The notes under the pieces were generated by a model, which saw only the letters and a program-made list of their open reading frames with translations, was not told the DNA's origin and did no database searches. The position numbers were made by a program, and so were the translations under genes. A DNA stretch of 64,000 nt from NCBI GenBank assembly GCA_964016885.1, contig OZ024740.1:212102001-212166000 (forward strand). The letters run 5' to 3'. The stretch comes from Eledone cirrhosa (taxonomy: Eukaryota). Shown in pieces: positions 1 through 12,701 of the stretch; position 1 is the first letter of the stretch; every line of letters begins with the position of its first letter.

Positions 1-2431
1 CAACAAAATCACGATCCGGTCTTTGGCGGACCACGATGGGCGCATGCTACTCGGTCCCGGGCAGATGTGTGTGGCTTTTCAGTGACACTTTGTGGTTCGG
101 GGGCAGCGGCGGGCCGGATCGCGGGATGGACTTTAATGCCTACCTCGACAGACTGCTGTGGCTCTTGGCCACTGAGGCGGAGTGTTGCGAAAAGCCGATA
201 ACAGCTGCTGAAGTACGGGAGGAAATGACTGAGTGCACAATGGGTAAATCACCTGGTTTGGAGGGTCTGCTCTACGAACTTTACGTACAGATGTCAGACT
301 TGTTCGGAGACCTCTTGGCGGACATCTACTGCAACTGGCAACAGAACGGGAGAATTCCCAGCTCTGTGAGCCGAGGAGCGGTGGCACTGCTGAGAAAAGA
401 TCCGAACAAGGGGGATAACATAGATAATTTCAGGCCCATAACTCTGCTAAACACAGAGTTCAAGATTTTGGCTAAGGTGCTAGCAAAGAGGTTGGCGTTT
501 GTCGTCGGTGGTCTGGTGGGAGAGGCGCAGACATGCGGCATTCCAGACAGATCCATCCTCATGCGATACATTGTGGAGAGGGTAGCTAGGGAACCTGGCC
601 CTGGTGGGTCCTTGATCAATTTAGATCAGTCTAAAGCTTTTGATAGGGTTGACCATCACTATCTGGTGGCAGTCCTGAGGGCGGCTGGCTTTGGGCCTGT
701 CTTCAGAAGCTGGATTGATGCCTTGCACAGCGACATCTGCTCTGTGGTGAGAGTGAATGGTCACCTTTTGGAACCATTTAACATCATGTGCTCTGTCCGC
801 CAAGGATGTCTTCTCTCATCCCTGTTGTACGTTTTGACTCTCGAGCCATTACTGCACAAACTGGAGACGTTGAGGAGGCGAACTGGGATGCGTAAGAACC
901 ATGTCAGCATATGCAGTTGACGTGACTGTAGTGGTGTTGAATGCCAAACACATCGAGGCGATCGGCACCTTACTAAGAGAATACGAGGCGGTGACAGGAA
1001 CAATGATCAACCAGGAAAAGTCAGTGGGTCTGCAGCTCAGCACCTGGAGAGGCAGGTCCATGCTGTCCAACAGCATCGTCGGGCGCTGGACAGACAGACC
1101 AATTAAATTGCTAGAGGTCTGGTTCAGTCTGGACCTCCAGACGGACAAAATCTGGGACGAGGTGACGAGCAGGGTGGCCTCTCTCACCCAGAAATGGGCT
1201 GAGAGGAACCTATCCCTGAAAGGTCGAGTGGAGGTGGCGAATGCGTACATCGCGTCATTCATCTACTACCGCCTGACCATCGTGCCTTGTCCTAAGCCTC
1301 GCCTGACTGTGTTGAAGCGTTTGCTCTTTCACTTTTTGTGGAAGGGACGTGCTCTGATGATCAGACATGCGCTCAGGCACGGCATCTCCACCTCTTCCTC
1401 GACGGTGATCAGGTGTGTCGCCCTTTGCTAGACGCGTGTTTCTCCAGCCCATCTCCTTGGCGGAGTTGAAGTCCTGGGTCAAGCGAAGACTGAGAGGAAG
1501 CGTTTGGTGACTGGAATGTCTTCAGGCACTTACAGCCCTCAACCAGCCGAGCAATACGATCGGTGGAAACTCCACCTTGGTGTTCTATAGAGGGTTAGTG
1601 GCGGGAAAGAGCGATGACGTCCTTGGGGAGGCTCTGGGTGTCGACGATGAAAACCAATTAGCCAATCTCTTCGGGAGAACTTTCGGGCTGGGGCCCATCG
1701 ACAACTTCCAGAAATCCCTGGCCTGGCAGTGCTACTGAGGAGCCTTGCCAGTTCGGGATAAAGTCTACAGGCATGGAAGTGCCCTCAGCTGGGCCTATTC
1801 GAGATGCGTGCAGGGCGATGAAACTGTCCTGCACGCTTGTGGCCAGTGTCCAAGCATTACTGACTCGTGAGTTTATGTCAAACACCTGCTGTCACGTGTA
1901 GAATGGATCTGGCTATCAGCTGAGTCCATCATGAGGATTTGCCCAGACGCCTTCCTTTAACCTGGTGGTCATGGTAAAAGAGATCGTATGGTGGACACGT
2001 CTGAAAGAGTTGAAGATGGGTACTTTCCTCTTCGGTGACACCCTCATTAACTTTTTCAGGGTTCACCTGAAAAGGAAAATCAGGGTGGAGAGGGAAGTGC
2101 TGCCTTCCAGCCAGTTTGTTAAAAGGTGGGTGAGATAGGCTAGAATGGCCCATGTGAATGGGCCTACCCTGAGTGTGTGCCTGTAGCATAGTGGGAGGAA
2201 AGCTGGAAGAGGGCACTTGCCCTAGTGGTCAGGGTAACCGTGACGTTCTCCATGAGCGAACCTTGGAAGTCCTGGGGAATTTTTCATTGTTTCCTTTTTT
2301 TGTTACATCCTCTGTTTTTGTTTTTTTAAACACAGAAATGCCCATTTGTACCGTCTTATATTGTACTGTGTTGTCCTTAATGTTATACTTTGTTTTTGTC
2401 AACCCTTGTAGTTAATAAAGAAAGAAAGCAT
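1..2431 (+). mobile_element. L1/Tx1-clade LINE, degenerate ORF2 (RT and C-terminus) plus 3' UTR; runs off the 5' edge of the window
   Basis: ORFs 36-920 and 901-1431 carry RT motifs (KSPGLEG, NFRPITLLN, DQSKAFDRV, VRQGC, degenerate YAVD). Colinear with the near-intact copy at 19640-22180. Ends with AATAAAGAAAGAAAGCATT. Confidence 0.92.
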
Positions 2432-2625
2432 TGGCAGTATCGCTAGAGGGTCGGACACAATGCTTTGACGCATAGAGTTACCGCCCTTGCCATTCTGAGT
2501 TCAAATCCCACCGAGGTTAACTTTGCCTTTCATCCTTACGGGGTCGATAAAATAAAGTACCAGTCACGCACTGGAGTCAATTTCATCGACTTTTCCCTCC
2601 CCCCAAAATTGCTGGCCTTGTGCCT
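2429..2625 (+). mobile_element. tRNA-derived SINE with Meta/MESC-like central domain, lacking its first bases and its tail
   Basis: B-box GAGTTCAAATCC, central GCCTTTCATCCTTACGGGGTCGATAAAAT and 3' GCTGGCCTTGTGCC; same family as 23108-23294. Confidence 0.85.
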
Positions 2626-5600
2626 AGAGAGAGCGCTGTCAGACAACACAGAGAGAGGGAGACTTTGTCAACACATCAAGACAGCGTTCTAGCGAAAATA
2701 AATATAAAAGAAAATATTACGAAGGAAAAGAGGAACAATAGCATTTTTAATGATATTGTTACAGATTTAAAATTACCAAACATTTCTAACACAAACAACA
2801 CCAACAACAACACCATCAATAACAGCAGCTACAACAAAAATAACAACGGTAAGGTCGAGAACGACAATAACAATGACAATAACAGCCACAACAACAATAA
2901 TAGCAAGAACAATATCAACAAAAACAACAATAATAACAACAGCCACAATAACAGTAACAACAACAACAGTATCAACGAAAACAACAACAACAACAACAGT
3001 ACCAATGAAAACATCAACAATGACATCGATACCTGTCACAGCGATCTCAGCACCACCAGTAAGACCAGTAGCGGCAGCAATAGTGGTGCTGCTGAAAAAA
3101 GGACCACTTCTTTTGCAGGTGTCGCCCGAAATATCGAAACAGTGTTAGTCACAGAGGAGGAGGTGGCAGTCACAAGGGCCATGGTGACAAGAAACGCCAA
3201 TAGAGTCTCCCTGAAACCTCCACCCGATTTTTTTCAAGGACCAGCAGCTTCGGACGGTGACTTACCGTACCGTAAGCAAAATGTCACATCGGGTGGAGAG
3301 AGCCATGGAGGCTCATCCAAAAGGGCTTGGGGTGCGTCTGGGCATGAAAACCCACATCACTCGAGGCAGAAAGTACGCCACAGTAGACATACTTTTCGCC
3401 ACCCCAAGAAGCGAAGTCTCACTTTTTGGAAACCCTAAAGAGCGAGGAGATAGTCTTGGTGTCCTCCTACTGCGGGCAGAAAATTGTGAAGGTCAAAGTG
3501 ACCCAGATCCCACCTGACGTGCCCATACCTTGGCTGGCCGCATCTGTCCTTGTTGGAATCGAGGACAGGACGACCATGCTGCAAGTAGAGAAAATAAGGA
3601 GAGAAAACTAGTCAGGTATAGGCATGCAAATGCTTATACAAACTGACCAGGAATGTATCGACGCTATCCCCGATATCATAGACATTGAGGAAGGACTCCA
3701 ACTCCCTATAAGTGTGGAAGGAAGACGGCCAAAATGTTATCTCTGTGGATCAAAGGGTCACCTCAGGGCCTTTGCCTGCAGAAGACAGCAAAGAAGAAGG
3801 CCCCTCTCCTTCCAATACCTGGTCCGCTGCTACTAAGAGCAGGGCAGGCAACAAACGCAGAAGCCCCTTCCACGGTAAGTAGGAGGGCAACGTCCGTGGC
3901 ACCCGTACCAAGGCCACGGACAACTAAAGCAGCAGCATCAGTGGCGGCAACACCAGTAGCTACATTTCCAGTAGCTGCACCAGCAAAAAAATCGCTGGAG
4001 AGGGCTCCACTACCACCACCAACAGCTGTGGAGCACATACCCCTCCCAGACGTCATGGAATCTGATATGGAGTCTGAGGCGGGAGTGAAGTGGCAAACGG
4101 TCTGCCACAAAAAAGAAAAAAAACCCTTAGGTTCACCCTCCAAAAGCGAAGGCACACAAAGAGGGGTAAAGGATGTAAGGAGATTTGCAACAACACCATC
4201 ACCATCACCACCACAAGCACCACCACCAACAACAACCCACACCACTACCAGCATCACCAAAAACACCAACGCAAACACAACAAAACACACACACCAAACA
4301 GCAACAAGAAGAAAACAGCAACAAAATCACCCCTCTCCCCAAAACGTACACAGCCATAAACAGCAAATAAAGAACTCATACAATATATAAAGCAGCACAC
4401 AGACATCACAGGAAAAAACTACTACACCCCTCCAACACCAAGAACTCTCCCGACAAACATAAACATCATTGATGTCAAAATAGAACAGTACAAAACTTTA
4501 AAGCAAAAATTCTCCAACACAGTTGGAGACTTCAGAGGGTCGGTTACCAGGAGGTTATACACTGACATCCTCTTGGAAACACCCATGACCAGCGAAAGGG
4601 ACGGTTCTACTGTCCCTTCACCACACGATCAAGGTAAGTCACCCTTTCTTACTTGCCCCGTTTCTCATCCAACATGGCCGTACTTAGAATAGGCAGTATA
4701 AATGCACGTGGCCTGAGGTCATCTTGGAAGCAGGGACACCTGCTCAACAACTTCAGGTCACTAAACATAGATGTGGTGGCCATCAGCAAGACCAGAATCT
4801 CCAAAGCACGAGCCTTCACACCGATCTTCGGCGGCTACGATGTATACGCATCTCCCAGCCGTCCAGGATCGGGGGGAGGGGTTGCCATCCTTTTTCGGAG
4901 TGGCTTGGATCTCACCACACGGGCCATCTTCCTAGACCCAGAAGGTAAGTCGGTGGTGCTGGACATGACCGGCAGCGAAGGCAATGCTTTCAGGCTAGTA
5001 GCCGTCTACGCCCCAACTGGGGTAGGACGGCCAGATTTCTTCAGACATCTAGATACCTTTCTTGGAATGTCCCGCTCTTTAGTGTTAGTGGGCAACTGGA
5101 ACGGTATCTTGGAAGCACGCTGGGATTGTGTGGGGCTAGTGGATAGGAGAGGAGGGTGCAAGAGCCTCACCAACCCGCTCAGACGTTTTGAACTGTCTGA
5201 CAGGTATCGACTGGATCACCTGAATGTGCCAATGTAGATATAGACAAACCGCATCGGGTTATCCAGATCGTATCTCAATAGGGTATTCTGCAGAGAACTA
5301 GATAAAAATAGTATAAGTTGTCCATAATTTAAAATAGTCGACTACACAGACCACAAATTTGTGATCTGTGAGATCGACATAGACAGACTTCATAGACAAG
5401 GACCTGGTTACTGGAAGCTGAACGCGTCTATCCCGGCGCGCAAAGCCTACAGAGACCGGATTAGCATATTAGGTAAGCGGGCATTGACAGGAGCGGTCGT
5501 CAATAACAGGTGGTGGTGTCGAGCACCAGACACATCCAGATACTCGGCACCGCTCTCAAGGAATACGAAGCGATGACAGGAGCAAAGATAAACCAGGAAA

Positions 5601-6378
5601 AGTCGGTGGGCTTACAGCTCGGCACCTGGAGAGACAAGTCCATGTTGTCCGACAGTGTTGTGGGGCATTGGACGGATAGACCGGTTAAATTGCTCGGGGT
5701 CTGGTTCGGACCAGACCTCCAGATGGAGAAAAACTGGAGCGAGTTGACGAGCAGGGTGGCCTCCCTCACCCAGAAATGGGCCGAGAGGAAGCTGTCCCTG
5801 AAAGGCCGGGCGGAGGTGGCGAATGCGTACATCGCATCCATCGTCCCTTGCTCCGGCCCAACTCTCACCAAAATGGAGCGCCTCCTCTTCCGCTTTTTGT
5901 GGAAGGGACGCCCTCCCATGGTCAGACGATCCATCTGCTGTCAACACCCATTGCATGGAGGACTGGGCATGCCAAGGCTGATGATGCGCAAACATGCGCT
6001 GCGGCTGCTACATCTCTGGTGCTTCCTTGACGGTGAACAGGTGTGGTCGCCGTTTGCCAGGCACGTTTTCCCACAGCTCGTCTCCTTGACGGAGCTGCAG
6101 TCCTGGGTCAGGAAAAGACCGAGGGATAGCGCTTGGAAACTGGAATGTCTCCAGGCACTCACCCCCTTCTGCCAGCTGGGCACCAGTATCGGTGGAACAT
6201 CCACCTCGGCGTTCTATAGAGGACTAGTGGAGGGGAAGAGCGACGATGTTCTCGGAGAGATCCTGGGCGTCGAAGAAGATCAGCTGTTTGCTCTCTTCCG
6301 GAGAACTTTCAGCCCAGGGCCTATGGATAACTTCCAAAAATCCCTGGCCTGGCAGTGCTACCGGGAAGCGTTGCCGGA
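2626..6378 (+). mobile_element. L1/Tx1-clade LINE (second subfamily): frameshifted ORF1, APE endonuclease, RT core deleted, 3' truncated
   Basis: ORF1 pieces with poly-Asn and a zinc knuckle (RRPKCYLCGSKGHLRA). APE motifs SINARGL, VYAPT, GNWNG, TDH. Sequence jumps at ~5515 from the post-APE linker to post-YADD sequence. Confidence 0.9.
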
Positions 6379-6379
6379 T

Positions 6380-7655
6380 GTAACTCTGGTGGCTGGATAG
6401 CTGGGCGTGGTGGCGATGGCTGGATGTCAAGCGATGTCAGGTTGGGTGATGGTGTCATTTGTAGATCTGTAGGATTTTGAGGATCTTTGGTGGTGTCCTT
6501 TGTAAGCAGGGGGCTCCAGAATAAATGGTTGGCGGAGCAAGAAAGACATACCTTGTTGTCTTTGTTGGGATCATTGGGGTAAGTCGTCTGATAAGGTGAT
6601 CTGTGCCTTCGGTGGAAGAACATTTCCAGTTTCGAAGGGCCACTCTGCCCGATTCATCCATGTGTATGACATACTGATCAAACTGACGAACTTCAATCAC
6701 ACAGCCTGTTTTGTCCCATTTTAATGGTTGAGGGCCTGTTTGATTTTGTATTCGCACGAGATCTCCAATAACAAGGGGTGGTAATTGCCTGGTGTGTTCA
6801 GAAAGGCGTTCTGCAATCTTCATGTGCCTGTTTCTGAGGGCATCTTCTCTCAAGGCAAGTGTGTCATGCCAGGTGTCATGAGGCTTGTAGCGGCCGGGAA
6901 GGATTGGAATGAAATCCTTAATGGGTCTACCAAAGACAAACATCACAGGGGATAACTTGGTGTGTCTGTCTGGGGTGTTTCTGTATTGCAGCATGGTGCG
7001 TTGCAGTGAGTCCGTGTCTAACTCGTCGTTGGGTCCCGTGTTGTCTATAACGAGACGTTTCACAGTTTTAACACCAACTTCTGCCCAACAGTTGCTGTGG
7101 GGGAAGGTGACTGAAGAGAGTCGATGATGGACACTCCAGTTTTTCAAGAAATCCCTGGCTGCTGAGGCTGTAAACTCAGGGCCACCATCTGAGGACATTT
7201 CGTCTGGAATTCCAAAAGTGACAAATGTACGGCGTAGACTGTCAATTAGGCCTTTGGCACCTTTCCGAGATCTCTCTACAATCGGCCAGTTGGAGTATCT
7301 GTCAACAATGACCAGATAGTTCACCCCTTTGTAGTGGAAGTAGTTAGCGCAAATGCGCTGGAAGGGATAAACAGGGTATACTGGTGGGGTAGGTGGAGCA
7401 CATGGTTGAGACGGTGCCATCCGATTGCAGTGGGCACATGTATTCCTGAACTCTGTGATTGCTGTTGTAATTCCAGGCCAGAAGACAGACGATTCAGCCC
7501 TTGACATCATAGAAGATACGCCTTGGTGGGCGGAGTGGAGTGCTGTTAGAATGTCATGTCGGAGTGATGGTGGAATGACAATGCAGTCTTTGTAGAGAGC
7601 CACGCCATCCACTGAGTGTAGGTGCTCTCGGAATTGATGATATTCACGAAAGACA
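6380..7655 (-). mobile_element. Ty3/Gypsy pol fragment (integrase)
   Basis: ORF 6455-7612 has the HHCC finger (HSAHQG...CAHC), a DDE core (ANYFH with D>N, SDGGPEF, HSNCWAE) and the GDLVRIQ/KW GPY-F-like region. No LTR seen. Confidence 0.92.
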
Positions 7656-7754
7656 TTACAGATGGCACAGGATGGTACAGGACGGTACGATGTGGGTTTT
7701 GTGCGTGTAAAGATTTTTATTATTTATTTAAGAAAAGAAAAAGAAAAAGACAGA

Positions 7755-7793
<39 letters not shown>

Positions 7794-7860
7794 CGTAAAA
7801 TAAGAAAATATTTTTTAAAAAAATTTTTTAAAAATTTTTTACTTACTTACTTAAATTTTC

Positions 7861-7942
7861 ACTCCAACTAATTAGTTTCTGCAATGGGATAAAGACAGTT
7901 ACATAATCCAACTGTCGAGAATTCATTGCGTCATCAGGGAGT
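7861..7942 (-). ncRNA. Type I hammerhead ribozyme (copy 3)
   Basis: Direct repeat of 8415-8496. Confidence 0.8.
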
Positions 7943-8414
7943 CTATTCTCAGCTGAGCCTCCAGGCAATGCGCGGACACTGGCGGCTCATATAAAAATAA
8001 TAATTCGGTAGAAAGAACAGCTAGGCGAGGACTGGATTCTATATACTGAAATTCTCACTGCTTCCAGTCAAATGGCCGATTCTAAAGAATCAATCACGTG
8101 ACATAGAGGCTAGTTAGAAGGAATGGGATGGTAAGATGACTGACGCCTACTAACACCCCAAAAAAAATTTTGAAGTGGTTTTGGCAGGTTTGCTCGACAA
8201 ATCAGTGATTTGGAGATAAATATAGATAATTTAATATATCAACTAACATAGGCGCACAGATGCACGTCCATGCCAGCAAATACACAGGTTATGTCATAGT
8301 ACCTAGGTGGTTCAATGCAGGAGGGTGCAGAACAATAATATAAAAGACGTAAAATAAGAAAATATTTTTAAAAAAAATTTTTTTTAAATTTTTTACTAAC
8401 TTACTTAAATTTTC

Positions 8415-8496
8415 ACTCCAACTAATTAGTTTCTGCAATGGGATAAAGACAGTTACATAATCCAACTGTCGAGAATTCATTGCGTCATCAGGGAGT
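8415..8496 (-). ncRNA. Type I hammerhead ribozyme (copy 2)
   Basis: Reverse complement of 8512-8593. Confidence 0.8.
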
Positions 8497-8511
8497 CTAT
8501 TCTCAGTCTAG

Positions 8512-8593
8512 ACTCCCTGATGACGCAATGAATTCTCGACAGTTGGATTATGTAACTGTCTTTATCCCATTGCAGAAACTAATTAGTTGGAGT
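8512..8593 (+). ncRNA. Type I hammerhead ribozyme
   Basis: actcc-CTGATGA-c-gcaatg..gacagtt/aactgtc..cattgc-a-GAAA-ctaattag-TT-ggagt. Stem I actcc/ggagt; palindromic stem III ACTAATTAGT; GUU cleavage triplet; C-A mismatch at the base of stem II. Confidence 0.8.
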
Positions 8594-8783
8594 GAAAATT
8601 TAAGTAAGTAAGTAAAAAATTTTTTAAAAATTTTTTTAAAAAATATTTTCTTATTTTACGTCTTTTATATTATTGTTCTGCACCCTCCTGCATTGAACCA
8701 CCTAGGTACTATGACATAACCTGTGTATTTGCTGGCATGGACGTGCATCTGTGCGCCTATGTTAGTTGATATATTAAATTATC

Positions 8784-8804
<21 letters not shown>

Positions 8805-8814
<10 letters not shown>

Positions 8815-9525
8815 AATAAAAATGAAAATTGAAACAATGAAAAATTCCCAGGTGGGCTCCTTTTTGGCACGGAAGGAGCGTCTTAGTGTTAGTTCCTGTG
8901 TGTTGGTCAGGGAGGGTGTTAGGCAGGATGCTGGGGTAGGTGTTGTGCTACTTTTTTTTAATGTAGTGTGGCAGGCTAAGGCGGTCCTCTAGTTTAGTCA
9001 TGTTTTCAGCGCTTTTGGTGGCTTCTTGAACCTTGTTCCAAGTGATTGATTGGAGTGAGTTGATGGATGACACGGCTGAGGGGAAGGTTCAAGAAGCCAC
9101 CAACAGCGATGAAAACATGACTAAACTGGTGGATATGATAGAAACAGGGATGCCAGAGGACCGCCTTAGCCTGCCGCACTACATTCAAAACAAGTAGCAC
9201 AACACCTACCCCAGCACCCTGCCTAACACCCTCCCTGACCAACACACAGGAACTAACACTAAGACACTCCTCCCGGGCCAAGAAGGAGCCCACCTGGGAA
9301 TTTTTCATTGTTCCAATTTTCATTTTTATTGTTTATATATTTATGTTTCTATGTCTTTTTCTTTTCTTATATAAATAATAAAAATCTTCACACGCACAAA
9401 ACCCGCATTGTACCATCCTGTACCATCCTGTACCATCCTGTACCCTCCTGTACCCTCCTGTACCGTCCTGTGCCGTCTGTAATGTTTTTCTTGATGTCAG
9501 CCCTTATGGCCAATAAAGAGATCAT
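8805..9525. repeat. Inverted duplication of a chimeric Gypsy-pol / Tx1-3'UTR segment
   Basis: 8805-9033 is the reverse complement of 9084-9340. The + arm reads KVQEATNSDENMTKLVDMIETGMPEDRLSLPHYI and later the Tx1 3' UTR, ending AATAAAGAGATCATT. Confidence 0.8.
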
Positions 9526-9631
9526 TGAGGTTAACTTTGCCTTTCATCCTTACGGGGTCGATAAAATAAAGTACCAGTAATGTACTGGGTAATTGCTGGC
9601 CTTGTGCCAAAAGTAGAAACAATTATTATTA
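9526..9631 (+). mobile_element. SINE 3' half with (ATT)n tail
   Basis: GAGGTTAACTTTGCCTTTCATCC...GGCCTTGTGCCAAAAGTAGAAACAATTATTATT. Confidence 0.85.
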
Positions 9632-12110
9632 TAGTTGCATTTATCTTGCTTTATGTTCATACGAGTTATCACCAAGTCACAACCAGTGACCTCAAGAGAC
9701 AACAAGGTCCGCCATGTTCAAGAAAGAACATACATACACACACATGCATCTTTAGGTGTTAAGACTTGTGATGTACTTATATTGACAGAATCTTCCTTAG
9801 TATATGGACAGTTCCCATTAGTACTATCTTTTGTATTTCTCCTATACGCGGGTTTCCTGGGATTTGCGATAAGTAATCATTAGACCCCTTAGGTATCATT
9901 CCTAGAGCGCCTACAACCACTGGTATTGTTTTAGTTCTCAATTTCCACATTTTTCTAATTTCTATCTCCAGATCCTTATACTTGCTCAATTTTTTTAATA
10001 TTTTTATAGATACATTCTTGTCTATTGGAACAGACATATCAATTAACAGGCATACCCTCTTTTTAAAGTCCTTCAGTATTATATCAGGTCTATTTGCATC
10101 TATTTTTCGGTCTGTTTGGATGCTAAAGTTCCACAAGATTGAGATGTGATCTTTTTCAAGTATGGGAGGTGGTTGATGCTCCCACCAATTCTTTAATTCT
10201 TTTGATGGGGCAGGTCAAAATGCTTACACATTATCCAATGTATGTATTGTGCAGCTCTGTCATGCCTGTTTAGGTATTTGGTTGGAGCTATAGGACTGCA
10301 CATTGAAATTATATGATCAATAGTCTCTTGTTGTTTTTTACATACACGGCATAATGGGTTGCATCCATTTTTTATTATGTTGGCTTGGTAATTTTTTGTT
10401 GGCAGACACTGATCTTGTGCTGATATAATCAGTCCTTCAGTCTCTGATTTCAGTCCAGAGGATATCAACATCAAGATTGTTAGCTCTTTCTGGGTATTTT
10501 CCATATAGAGGCTTTTCTTGCCATTTCTTAGCCAGTTTCTGTAGCAGTTCTTTCTTTGCAGTTACTTTTACCTGCTTTGCTTTTTCTGTGTTTTTTATTT
10601 CAGCAGTCATGGAACTTCTGAAATTTGTAGGCCATTACTGTATCTTTGTGCATCTTTTGTAATGGAATATGATCTTTTGATGCTTTCGTGTTTCAAAACG
10701 AGTTTGATCATCCAATCATGTGATTCCCTTAGATAATCCAATTGTTGCAGTTTTCAACGCAATATCTAACTGGATTAACCCACATCCTCCTTCTTTCCTA
10801 GGGAGATATATTCTATCTGTATCTGCCTTAGGGTGATGCATTCTGTGCATGGTTAAGAATTTTCTAATTTTTGTATCGAGCCTACGGATCTCTGTGCTTG
10901 ACCAGTTGATGACATTGTAACTGTAGGTTACTACTGGTATGGCAAGCGTGTTTATGGCATCGATCCTATTCCTTGCATTCAATTCCGTTCTTAAGATTGC
11001 TCTTACTCTGTGGTAACATTCCTTTCTTATCCTTTCCCTCATTGTCGAGTGCGTTGCTTCAGTTCCTCTATGATAATATTTAGCTTTTTCCTCCTAGTTT
11101 TGTACTTTATTTCCAGTCTATTTTTAGTGTCTATGTTTTTTAGTGTCCCATTCAGTAGGGACTCAAGCTTTCCAATGTAATTTCTCATTTCCCTGATTTG
11201 ACCATTCAGTCGTTTCTTCCACCAAGGTTCTGATCTTTCTTGTTTGTTGTTTCCTTTCGCTTTTATGCCAAGTAATTTCCTCACCGCATTTGCTGTTGCT
11301 TTGAGGATATTGTTGCACTGGTGAAGGCTCCTCGCATCAAGGTATGGGATGACTTTGTTTACCTTAGCTGTTGTTTCTTTTAACTTTTTCCTGTCTACAA
11401 ATCTTAGGTTCATAGGTTTCCCACTATCATTGTTCATTTCATCTACCACTAAGTTTAGGATATCAACCAAATCTTGTCCTAGCCCGTCAGCATTCATTTC
11501 CTCAATGGCCGTATCTTTGTTCCAGGTATTATTTATTTCAGCTTTCAGATCATTGTCTGCTTCGGATGGTTCCTCCGTTCTCTCAACCTCTTCACCTTCA
11601 TTTCCCACTGGCTCGTTTGCCTGGCATACTCCACTCTCCATTTCCAACCTAATCTCTCTGCTCAGTTCCTCCAGTTCCAGCTCGTTTATCCACCCATTAG
11701 TTCTTATTACCTGAGCCTGCCTGGCCAATTTTTGTTCATCTAATTTATATAGACCAATCTCGTTCCAGATGTTATGCATCCGTTTCCTATAGCCTTTCTC
11801 CTTGGGGTTACTCTTCAGGTAACATTGCATAACAGTTTTATTCAATTCTTTCGTCCAGTTGGTTCTGGTCCCTTTCCTTCTTCTTCTTCCTCCAACACCA
11901 GCAGTATTTGGATGACAGCCAGGTCCATGCTGCTGGGCCAGGGAGCACCTGCTGGGTGAGAGTCTGTCACATGACATTCCAGTCTACACTTCACCATTAT
12001 TCGAACTGTTTAGGTTCGACATTTAAGCACTCATATCGAGGATTGGTGAATGTATGGTTACATAACTACCGGTGATTTCATCACCCCCGGTGATTTTAGC
12101 GTGGCACCAT
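9632..12110 (-). mobile_element. R4/Dong-like RLE non-LTR retrotransposon, RT domain internally deleted
   Basis: N-terminal ORF 11039-11977; thumb region 10716-11042; CCHC (CRVCKKQQETIDHIISMC) followed by RHD; RLE motifs RPDI, IDMSVP, KKLSKYKDL. The 3' end abuts (TAA)n. The 5' boundary is approximate. Confidence 0.85.
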
Positions 12111-12660
12111 CATGCTGTAGACGAACATAAACAAACAAACAAACCAAACAAACAAACAGACAAAAACCTAAAAAAACAAAAACAAACACAAGTTTCATTG
12201 TAATGTTTGAATGTCTGACTTAGTTTCTCTTTCTCTTTCCTTTCCTGTCCGTTTGTTTTTTCCTTTGCGTTTTTAGTTTTACAAGGCCAGTAACATTGGT
12301 TACTAGTGTTGTTGTTGCTGCTGCTAAGGGAAGTAGGGGTTGTTGTGTTCAAAACTTTTGAAACCTGTGCCTGTTGTTGCGTTTGCTTCTGTCTGTGTTC
12401 TGTTCTATAATTTTTCGACTATAATTTTTTTCCTTTCATCCCTACGGGGCCGACACCACATTAAATATTAAATTAAATATTAAATATTGGAGCCTTATGC
12501 CGTAATGTGATGCGTTGCCACTTCCTGAGAGTTAAGACTGATATCTTACGTTCCATTTGTAATAAGAATTATTCTATCACAATTGTTTTAAATATGTAAA
12601 AAATCAAAAACTTACGGGAGCGATTCCATAATACCCTATCCAACATGTGTGTGTCTTCCC

Positions 12661-12699
<39 letters not shown>

Positions 12700-12701
<2 letters not shown>

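Larger units (their letters stand above)
7790..8789. mobile_element. Non-coding PLE-pLTR-like / retrozyme-like insertion in (TA)n, with direct and inverted repeats
   Basis: 7790-7950 is repeated directly at 8339-8506; 8220-8499 is inverted at 8509-8789. Bounded by (TA)n on both sides and splits a minus-strand Tx1 3' UTR (7652-7770 | 8805 onward). Confidence 0.75.

Noticed and set aside
2773-4370. Poly-Leu, poly-Val and poly-His ORFs
   Set aside because: Alternative frames of the low-complexity Tx1 ORF1.
12040-12115. HDV-like ribozyme at the Dong 5' end
   Set aside because: Expected for some R4 elements, but I could not assign the nested pseudoknot by eye.
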